NCBI GenBank assembly: GCA_964035575.1
Contig: OZ037846.1
Coordinates: 1,240,001-1,304,000, forward strand
Reading direction: 5' to 3'
Length of the DNA: 64,000 nucleotides
Source of the DNA: Rhynchopus sp. YZ270_cl-10
Taxonomy: Eukaryota
Positions 10,772-19,902 of this stretch are shown piece after piece. Within the stretch, counting starts at the first letter, position 1, and every line of letters starts with the position of its first letter. Under the pieces are notes generated by a model, which saw only the letters and a list, made by a program, of their open reading frames with translations, made no database searches and was not told the origin of the DNA. The position numbers and the translations under genes are program-made.

Positions 10772-13285
10772 ATGCAGTCACCCCCAGAGATGGCAGGGGA
10801 GGAGGCGCTGTTCATAGAGCAGAACCACGACATCCAGGGTAACGTCAGCAGCACCGTAATGCATAGTACTGCCACCAGCAACTACGTGGCACCGGGTTTG
10901 GTGTATCTCCCGCAGGCAGGAAGCGATGTGCTGGCAGACAACCAAGAAGGGCTTGACGTCGAAGGGACCAGGGGAATGTTTGAGAAGCAGCAGGAAGGGA
11001 AGACGACACGGGTCATCAACATTGGCGCGATTGTTGCGCTTCTCCTTTCCATGCTTCTTTGGTTCGTTATTGAAGCGGCCTGGGTGATGCAGGCACCCAA
11101 CGATGCCTGGCGTACTGGGGCCTCTGTTGCAGGCAGCATGGTTGCTATTCTTGGCGTTCTCTCGATCACCTTCGCAGTGAGGCTGCACTCTGGTAGACCA
11201 TCCACTTTCCTGAAGGTTGTTGTGCACAGTGGCAACGGGGTGATTCTCTGTGGGATTGTCGTGTGGGCCATCGGAAAATACGCGTTGCTGCTTGGTGAGG
11301 AAGTCGACGAGGAAATCAATTATCGACCCATGTTCGTCACGGGACAGGTCATCGGAGTTTTCTTCTTGGAGTGTGCTCTGTGGCATGCAATGGGAGGTTT
11401 TATGCATGAGTGGAGGACCTGGCCTGCTGCATCGTCGTTGTTGGCGCAGCTTGGGTTGGTGGTGTTCTTCGCTTTCGCTGGGGCGGTGGGGAGCTTGCAG
11501 ATTGTGTACGGCTACTCATCAGCGGGTCTGACAGTGCGTCGCATTGGTGGTGGCTGTGTTGCAGGGGCAGCTTTGATGCTTGCAATCCTCTCTGGTGTGA
11601 TGTGCGCGTCTTCGTACAGGTTTGCGAAGTCGGTGGCGGTCTTCTCAGGGATGGGGGTGAACGGAGTGATTGTCTACGCCATTGGCCAGGGGATGTACAT
11701 GAACGACCTCTGGATGGTTTACCCGCTTGCCATCAAAACCATGTTTGGCGGTGAGCTTGTCACTGCAATCCTCTTCGTCTTCGCAGGCATGCTCATCACC
11801 GTGGCTGCCCTCAGGACTCCACTCGAAGCGCTGCAGACCAAAACCTCAGTACCCAAAGTGCATATGATTGAAGGGAAGCCCTACATCATTCGGAATGGAG
11901 TTCCGGTGGCGTGTCAGGTGCAGGGAGGTGGTGGAGGTGGAGGAATGCCGAACCAAATGCAGCAAGGCAACCAAATGTCGATGGCAACGGAGCAGGAAGG
12001 GAAGACGACACGGGTCATCAACATTTGCGCGATTGTTGCGCTTCTCCTTTCCATGCTTCTTTGGTTCGTTATTGAAGCGGCCTGGGTGCTGGAGGCTCCT
12101 GATCTCTCTGACTGGAGTTTTCAGGCCTCTGTTGCAGGCAGCATGGTCGCTATTCTTGGCGTTCTTTCCCTCATGGCTACCTTCGCAGTGAGGCTGCACT
12201 CTGGTAAAACGTCCACTTTCCTGAAGGTTCTTGCACACAGTGGCAACGGGGTGATTCTCTGTGGGATTGTCGTGTGGGCCATCGGAAAAGAGTGTTTGTT
12301 TCAGTTTGAGGATGCCAGCGGGGACTCTGACAGAGCCGTCTTCGTCACGGGGCAGGTCATCGGAGTTTTCTTCTTGGAGTGTGCTCTGTGGCTTGCAGTG
12401 GGAGGTTTTGTGCATGAGTGGAGGACCTGGCCTGCTGCATCGTCGTTGTTGGCGCAGCTTGGGTTGGTGATGTTCTTCCTTCTCGCTGGGGCGGTGGGGG
12501 GCCTGGGTCTGGACTGGTACGACGATTCATCACCGGGTCTGTCAGTGCGTCGCATTGGTGGTGGCTGTGTTGCAGGGGCAGCTTTGATGCTTGCAATCCT
12601 CTCTGGTGTGATGTGCGCGTCTTCGTACAGGTTTGCGAAGTCGGTGGCGGTCTTCTCAGGGATGGGGGTGAACGGAGTGTTTGTCTACGCTCTGGGGCAG
12701 TGGATGTACGTGAACGACTTCTGGGAAAATAATGCGCTTGCTGTCAAAACGATGTTTGGTGGTGAGCTTGCCACTGCAATCCTCTTCGTCTTCGCAGGCA
12801 TGCTCATCACCGTGGCTGCCCTCAGGACTCCACTCGAAGCGCTGCAGACCCGATCAGAAGAGCGTCAGGTGGAGAGGGGTGGTGGTGGTGGTGGTGGGAT
12901 GCCGAACCAAGTGTTGCCGCAAGGGGAGGAGCCGAACCAAGCAGTGCTGCAGCAGGAGAAGAGCTTGCAGCAACAGACGATGTTGCACCAACAGATGCAG
13001 CTGCAAACACAGATGCAGATGCAACAACAGCAGCAGCAAATACAGATGCAATTGCAGCAGCTGCAGCAACAGATGCAGATGCAGCAGCAACAGCAACAGT
13101 ACGTGACCCAGCAACCGTACCCATCACCACAGCAGCAGCGTCAAGTCAAGACCATGGCCCCGCCCGGGCCCCGTGCAGCATCTCAGTCCCACAGCTCCCC
13201 AGGTGGTGTTGTCGTGGAAGGTCCGACAGATGGTGCCAGTGCAGGGATTGCACAGCAGTACCATAGCTACGTGCTCATGGAGTAG
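10772..13285 (+). CDS. Polytopic membrane protein, paralogue 2: two tandem 8-TM modules + polyQ tail
   Basis: 837-aa ORF with an internal duplication of the module; high identity to 19903..22419. Confidence 0.92.
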   Translation: MQSPPEMAGEEALFIEQNHDIQGNVSSTVMHSTATSNYVAPGLVYLPQAGSDVLADNQEGLDVEGTRGMFEKQQEGKTTRVINIGAIVALLLSMLLWFVIEAAWVMQAPNDAWRTGASVAGSMVAILGVLSITFAVRLHSGRPSTFLKVVVHSGNGVILCGIVVWAIGKYALLLGEEVDEEINYRPMFVTGQVIGVFFLECALWHAMGGFMHEWRTWPAASSLLAQLGLVVFFAFAGAVGSLQIVYGYSSAGLTVRRIGGGCVAGAALMLAILSGVMCASSYRFAKSVAVFSGMGVNGVIVYAIGQGMYMNDLWMVYPLAIKTMFGGELVTAILFVFAGMLITVAALRTPLEALQTKTSVPKVHMIEGKPYIIRNGVPVACQVQGGGGGGGMPNQMQQGNQMSMATEQEGKTTRVINICAIVALLLSMLLWFVIEAAWVLEAPDLSDWSFQASVAGSMVAILGVLSLMATFAVRLHSGKTSTFLKVLAHSGNGVILCGIVVWAIGKECLFQFEDASGDSDRAVFVTGQVIGVFFLECALWLAVGGFVHEWRTWPAASSLLAQLGLVMFFLLAGAVGGLGLDWYDDSSPGLSVRRIGGGCVAGAALMLAILSGVMCASSYRFAKSVAVFSGMGVNGVFVYALGQWMYVNDFWENNALAVKTMFGGELATAILFVFAGMLITVAALRTPLEALQTRSEERQVERGGGGGGGMPNQVLPQGEEPNQAVLQQEKSLQQQTMLHQQMQLQTQMQMQQQQQQIQMQLQQLQQQMQMQQQQQQYVTQQPYPSPQQQRQVKTMAPPGPRAASQSHSSPGGVVVEGPTDGASAGIAQQYHSYVLME

Positions 13286-14456
13286 AAGGGTGACGACACT
13301 GATACATATCAAGAGAGATTTTCAAACAAAAATAAACGAATAAAAATGTGACACGAAAATACAAAAGGGGGTGCATCATGCACCCTCTGCTTTTTTAGGG
13401 CAGACATGCCAAGTCACCCATCGAGGTGATCAAAATTCTCTCAACCTCTGCCTTCCCCCTTCCCCCCCGCTTTTTAAGATGACTAAGCCAGGTTTAGGGT
13501 CATCACAAATAGTTCACCCCCAAATAATAGCGATTTCCCCAAATATTTTTTTTCCCCCGCCAGGTTGGGGTGGCGACAGGGAGATCGGGTGAGTCCCGAG
13601 GTTTAGTCACCTCGCCCTTTTTTGTTTTTTTTTGTGTGATCTCCACGCAGCCGTCACCGTCGCTGCGTTTCGTAGATACCGCTGTTTCAAAGTTGTTGTG
13701 CGTGGGCTCCTTGCAAAGCCCACCCCATCTTTTGAATTTTGTTTTATCTACTGATCTGTGTTTTAAAGGAGCGGAGGTGGATAAAAGACGCCTCTCCCTA
13801 CACTCCGTCACCTACGTCTTTATTTTTTCCCGACTTTTTTTTTTTACACCGATTTTAGAAATTTTGTGTTTTTTTGGCAGTAAATCAACTTCCACTCCAC
13901 TAATCTAATCGAGTAAAAATATGGTGGACTCAGCGGAGGTCAGTCCCGGCGGGGAAAATGCAGAAATCAGCACAATAGTGCCTTTGTGAGATGCTTAAAT
14001 GCAAAAATGGACCCCATTTTTGGGTGTATTTTTTAGGGGTCCCACGGAGGACGTGATTTTGATGTGAAAATTTTTGTCAAAAAAAATGTGAAAAATTACT
14101 ATGTCGAGCTTTTGTGTGAAATAAAGCCAATGCAGAAATTTTTGAGTGTTTTTGACCATCTGTGGGTAGCGCATATTTTTTCTAGCAAAAGTGGATTTTT
14201 TGGGAATTTTTTGGGAATTTTGCACTTTTGTCGGAAATGGAAAAATAATACGACAGTGAAGTTATGGGTGGAGGATTTTTTTCGGGTTTTGTATTTGAAC
14301 GATCTGGTGCAAATGAAGTGAATGCCTGAAATTTTGACGACTTTCGAGACAATTTTTCGAACTCAGAAACAAATTGTCGGTGGGGGGATTTTGGGGATTT
14401 TTGACCGAGATCTGACTTTTTTGTAAGGTGGACTTGAAGAAAACCTTGAAAAATTT

Positions 14457-14710
14457 TCCGCTCGCTTCGCTCGCGGATGTCATTTTTTTACTAATGCTTG
14501 GTATTGTGTAATTGTTTTTGTATTGTGTTCGCTCGCGAACACAATACAAAAACAATTACACACTATTCCCGCGCGCGAAGCGCGCGGGTAAAAATTTTTA
14601 CGGGTAGTTTTTCCGCGAGCGAAGCGAGCGGAAAAAGTATATTCCCGCGCGAAGCGCGCGGGAAAATTTTTTTCGAGTAGTTTTTCCGCGAGTGAAGCGA
14701 GCGGGGAAAA
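14457..14710 (+). repeat. GNA-triloop hairpin minisatellite (left part)
   Basis: Repeated CCGCGAGCGAAGCGAGCGG and CCCGCGCGCGAAGCGCGCGGG separated by A/T tracts. Confidence 0.85.
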
Positions 14711-14812
14711 TTTTTAATAGCCGTAAAATTATTTCCTCAAGCCAAAATCCTTCTAGGAGCGGAGTTTTAAGAATGCCATAATTGACGTCTGGAAATAATT
14801 GCAGTGGAGGTA

Positions 14813-14907
14813 TTTTAGCCGGGTTTCCCACACAAAAAATAATTACCGTGTAATTATAGGAAATAATTACACGGTAATTATTTTTTGTGTGGGAAACCCG
14901 GCTAAAA
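14813..14907. repeat. Perfect palindrome (45-bp arms, 5-nt loop)
   Basis: TTTTAGCCGGGTTTCCCACACAAAAAATAATTACCGTGTAATTAT-AGGAA-reverse complement. Confidence 0.9.
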
Positions 14908-15390
14908 AAAAAATCGCGATTTTTTTTCTTTTTTTCTTTTGTGAACACCCCGGGTTTGATACCTGTACCGCAGGCATTCCTCTGAGTCTAACGATTGATA
15001 ATCAGAGCTCGGTTTGTTGTCAAAGACATCTTCCACCATGCATTGAGGAGGGTAAGACAGTGGTCGCAGTTTGTACTTGATAGCATTACAACATTTAACT
15101 TCTCCACGGGGGTCTTGGGCCGTTCACTCGGTTATACCTTGACCAGCGGAAGAGGCCTTTTTGGTCTCTAGAATATCCGGTATTCCCGAACGGAGGCACA
15201 CTTTGTGTGTTACTACGACCTGGCAACTTCCAGCAGTAGGTTAAGTAATGCTTTCTTGTAAATTGTTGGATCATTTATCTCCTCAGTGCATGAATGCCCC
15301 ACGTGACTGGACACTTTTGTGTTTGTCAAGTGGACTGTCTGGTCACTTCTCAGTGACTGGCGGGTTGGCTGTGGTTGCCCTGTCACGACT

Positions 15391-15486
15391 TACCTGTGTA
15401 CCTGTGTACCTGTGTACCTGTGTACCTGTGTACCTGTGTACCTGTGTACCTGTGTACCTGTGTACCTGTGTACCTGTGTACCTGTG
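15391..15486 (+). repeat. (TACCTGTG)12 satellite
   Basis: Direct reading. Confidence 0.95.
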
Positions 15487-15622
15487 TACCTGGGTGACTG
15501 GGTACGTACCTGGGTAAATGTGACCAGGTGACCTGGTCAGACCTCTGACCAGCGCACCGTGACAGCACAGGCTGCCGAAAACGGATTTTGGCTTTCGGAA
15601 ATAATTTTACGGCAATTAAATA

Positions 15623-15771
15623 TCAAATTCCATGCAATTATTTCACAGAAAATTGCACTCGGAGGTGTATTTTTCACTCGTTTTGTTAATTGCACTCGCT
15701 GCGCTCGTGCAATTAACCACTCGTGAAAAAAACACCTCCTCGTAGCAATTATGGTGAAATAATTGCATAGT
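15623..15771. mobile_element. Palindromic MITE with central CTCGCTGCGCTCG
   Basis: Imperfect whole-length palindrome ATGCAATTATTTCAC...GTGAAATAATTGCAT, flanked by the direct repeat AATTAAATA at 15614-15622 and 15772-15780. Confidence 0.7.
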
Positions 15772-15784
15772 AATTAAATACTAT

Positions 15785-16340
15785 TACGAGTAGTTTTTCC
15801 GCGAGCGAAGCGAGCGGTAAAAATTTTTAGGGGTAGTTTTTCTGCGAGCGAAGCGAGCGGAAAAAGTACATTTCCCGCGCGCGAAGCGCGCGGGGAAAAT
15901 TTTTTACGGGTAGTTTTTCCGCGAGCGAAGCGAGCGGAAAAAGTATATTCCCGCGCGCGAAGCGCGCGGGAAACATTTTTACGAGTAGTTTTTCCGCGAG
16001 CGAGCGGGGGAAAATTTTTACGGGTAGTTGTTCCGCGAGCGAAGCGAGCGGTAAAAGTAAATTCCCGCGCGCGAAGCGCGCGGGGAAAATTTTTTACGGG
16101 TAGTTTTTCCGCGAGCGAAGCGAGCGGGAAAAGTATATTCCCGCGCGCGAAGCGCGCGGGAAACATTTTTACGAGTAGTTTTTCCGCGAGCGAGCGGGGG
16201 AAAATTTTTACGGGTAGTTGTTCCGCGAGCGAAGCGAGCGGTAAAAGTAAATTCCCGCGCGCGAAGCGCGCGGGGAAAAATTTTTACCAAAGAAAAATTT
16301 TTATAGTGTACCTCCGCGAGCGAGCGCAGCGAGCGGAAAA
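15785..16340 (+). repeat. GNA-triloop hairpin minisatellite (right part), with a higher-order ~190 bp repeat
   Basis: Alternating GCGAGCGAAGCGAGC and GCGCGCGAAGCGCGC units with a TTACGRGTAGTTTTTCC spacer. Confidence 0.9.
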
Positions 16341-17415
16341 TTTTTTTTTTTTGCAATTTTTGGGAAAAGTTCAAAAATCCCAGCTAAAAATGGTCGGGAA
16401 TGTTCTGCCGGGATTTTTGGACGATTCGTTTTTCCCGGACAAAAAACCCACACAAATTATAAAGTGACACCCCCTTGTGTCAAGGACATGTCAACGACAT
16501 GTCAATCTAGGCCCCCTCCGGAACACCAAGCGAGCGGAAAAAGGGTGTACACTCTTTGGTTGTAAAAGGTGCGTGCGTACTGGGCAGCTTGACGCCACAG
16601 TTCCCGGACCCGCTAGCGCGTGCCGCTCACAATAAAACAGCAAATTGGCTTGTGCCTGTGCGAACTGGCTTTTCAGGTCGAAAACGGCCTCTAAAATAGG
16701 TGCTTTTGGGGACTCATACATGTGTATGACCAAAAACCAAGTGGCCTGAAGTGTGATCTGTCCCTAGTACCCAAGTAGAGCAAATCCCAAAAAACCAATT
16801 AGCGAAGGACTTTTACACCATTGACCACAGATTTCATGTTATTTTACAGGTTTTTCGATGCACGTTTGTGAACTGGGAAGCATGCCACCAGTGATAAAAT
16901 TTTACAACGAAAAAATGGCCAAAGGTAAAGAAATTTTATGGTGTACCTCCGCGAGCGCAGCGAGCGGAAAAATTTTTACGGTGTACCTCCGCGAGCGAAG
17001 CGAGCGGTAAATTTTTTGCGCCCATTCTTTTGAAAATGTGTCAGTAGGGTAACCAGGGGGTGATAACAAATATCTACTCCACTAATCGGGTCGAGAAAAA
17101 ATGTCGTGAATTCGAGAGGGTTGTCATTTGGTTCAAAACGACACAACATATCCACAGAAAAGTTTTTGATTTTGTCCCTACACACTCCACAAAAATCCGG
17201 TGCGATCAACGAAAAATTCTTTTTCTGATTTCGTTTCTTTCTTTTTCAGACTAGCTTAAACTCAGATGACAGTTTTTATTTTTGGGATTGCAATCAGCGG
17301 ATCGAATTGAGTTAAATGCGGGGTCGTAGGGTCAAAAATTTGCATCTGTGGTTTATTAAGTGAACGAGGCCCAGAGTATACGCCTAACGAGATCTTGGCT
17401 GATATGTGAACCTGT

Positions 17416-18543
17416 ACTGTACTGTACTGTACTGTACTGTACTGTACTGTACTGTACTGTACTGTACTGTACTGTACTGTACTGTACTGTACTGTACTGT
17501 ACTGTACTGTACTGTACTGTACTGTACTGTACTGTACTGTACTGTACTGTACTGTACTGTACTGTACTGTACTGTACTGTACTGTACTGTACTGTACTGT
17601 ACTGTACTGTACTGTACTGTACTGTACTGTACTGTACTGTACTGTACTGTACTGTACTGTACTGTACTGTACTGTACTGTACTGTACTGTACTGTACTGT
17701 ACTGTACTGTACTGTACTGTACTGTACTGTACTGTACTGTACTGTACTGTACTGTACTGTACTGTACTGTACTGTACTGTACTGTACTGTACTGTACTGT
17801 ACTGTACTGTACTGTACTGTACTGTACTGTACTGTACTGTACTGTACTGTACTGTACTGTACTGTACTGGGTACTGGGTACTGGGTACTGGGTACTGGGT
17901 ACTGGGTACTGGGTACTGGGTACTGGGTACTGGGTACTGGGTACTGGGTACTGGGTACTGGGTACTGGGTACTGGGTACTGGGTACTGGGTACTGGGTAC
18001 TGGGTACTGGGTACTGGGTACTGGGTACTGGGTACTGGGTACTGGGTACTGGGTACTGGGTACTGGGTACTGGGTACTGGGTACTGGGTACTGGGTACTG
18101 GGTACTGGGTACTGGGTACTGGGTACTGGGTACTGGGTACTGGGTACTGGGTACTGGGTACTGGGTACTGGGTACTGGGTACTGGGTACTGGGTACTGGG
18201 TACTGGGTACTGGGTACTGGGTACTGGGTACTGGGTACTACTGGGTACTACTGGGTACTACTGGGTACTACTGGGTACTACTGGGTACTACTGGGTACTA
18301 CTGGGTACTACTGGGTACTACTGGGTACTACTGGGTACTACTGGGTACTACTGGGTACTACTGGGTACTACTGTGTACTACTGTGTACTACTGTGTACTA
18401 CTGTGTACTACTGTGTACTACTGTGTACTACTGTGTACTACTGTGTACTACTGTGTACTACTGTGTACTACTGTGTACTACTGTGTACTACTGTGTACTA
18501 CTGTGTACTACTGTGTACTACTGTGTACTACTGTGTACTGTGT
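17416..18543 (+). repeat. Compound satellite (ACTGT)90(ACTGGGT)53(ACTACTGGGT)13(ACTACTGTGT)17
   Basis: Counted from the sequence; blocks start at 17416, 17866, 18237 and 18367. Confidence 0.97.
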
Positions 18544-19465
18544 AAAAACCATAGGGGGGACCCTATGGATTTTTGGATTTTGAACTGAAAATTTTGGAGC
18601 ATAAATTTGGAGAACAAAATTACTATGTCCGAGTTTGAGGCCCAAAAATTCCATTAAAGCAAGAATTTTTAACTTTTGAGTATCTGTGGTACTCTCATAT
18701 TTTTTCCTAACTCGCACAAAATTTCTAAAAACGGTGTTAATTTTTTGTTTTTTGGTGCTTTCGGAAGTCGGTCAACGACCTGTCAGCGACGTGTCACGAC
18801 CTGTCGGCGACCTGTCAATATCAGGGGGTGTGTGTATAGAGTCCCTGTGTCAGCGACCTGTCAATATCAACGTCCCGGAGCACCATTTTTGTTTTTTTAT
18901 TTTGTTTATCACCTTCAGTATTGGGGATGAGGGGCTGGGTATGGGGCATCAAAACACAGTCCACCTATTCAATCTACCCCAACAGTGTACGAGCGTTCCT
19001 TGGGAACGTTCCACGCCTCTCTCTGTGTTTTTGATGTCCCTCTGATTGAAAAGTTTTCGTGCCTATGGTTGGCGTGGCTGAAGGGGGGCACCTTCAAGGG
19101 TGATGCGCACTTTTTCCGCCCATTCAGCCACCAACTATTTTTTTTTTTCTGTTGTTGTTTTTCCACTTTTTTGTATTTTCTTTTTTCCACTGTATCGTGG
19201 TTGTGTCAATCCCTCAATGTTTGTCATATTCGGACAGCCGTTTGAGTTCCACTTGAGAGACACGACCAGCCACGACCGCTGCTTCATCGCCTGCCCCTTA
19301 TTTTTTGGTGTGTGCTATGGGATGCGTTTCAACTTTTCAACCTCTTCCTCACGTATGCATCGCGATAATAATTCCCCCCCGTTTTTAGAATCAACAGAGA
19401 CTGTACGTTAACATTTTGTTAACGTTGCCATCAAAAGCAAAATTCGCGCAAAGTTCGCCCGGTGC

Positions 19466-19771
19466 TTCACGAAGATGCGGGGTGGAGCTCAGAATGGAAC
19501 AAAAGTTATCTCCTGACCCAACCCTTTGTCTCCCCCTTCCCCTCTCCACTGTCATAGCAAAGCCCATCGATCATGCAACTGAACCCACCCCCTTTTATTC
19601 CTTATAATGACGTCATATGAGGCATCCTCAGCACCAATGTTCTAATCGCGACACATAGATTCCGTGTGGTTTTGCCTGCTATTTTGGTGGTGTTCAAATA
19701 CCACCAAAAACTCCTCCAAAGTGCACCAAATTTCAGGGAAAACCAGATGGTTGATTGTGGGGCGTACTAGG
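19466..19771 (+). repeat. ~305 bp direct repeat (second copy 23263-23569) flanking paralogue 3
   Basis: Near-identical from TTCACGAAGATGCGG to TACTAGG in both places. Confidence 0.9.
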
Positions 19772-19902
19772 TACCACCCACCCTCTGCACTCAACCTCAA
19801 GACAAGAGCACAAAGAGGAAAAAAAGGAACACCTTCCACCATCAACACAGATATAACTACAAACGTTTCTCTCTCCCCCTCATCTCCTCATCCCTTCCCC
19901 CA

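Larger units (their letters stand above)
14713..15620 (-). mobile_element. Non-autonomous TIR element carrying the shared cargo (reverse orientation) and (TACCTGTG)12
   Basis: ~38-bp imperfect IR TTTAATWGCCGTAAAATTATTTCC..AAGCCAAAATCC at 14713-14750 and 15583-15620. 14950-15390 is the reverse complement of the cores at 29590-30110 and 40540-41060. The TSD is unclear. Confidence 0.7.

Noticed and set aside
15785..16340. CRISPR-like or REP array
   Set aside because: The spacers are themselves repeated, there are no cas genes, and the context is eukaryotic.
17360..18583. 407-aa and 379-aa ORFs (YCTVL/GTGYWVL repeats)
   Set aside because: Translations of stop-free satellite DNA; the same applies to the ORFs over 15391, 29436 and 40331.
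19467..19770. Helitron (TC...CTAG ends)
   Set aside because: No A|T target site and no hairpin at the expected position before CTAG.
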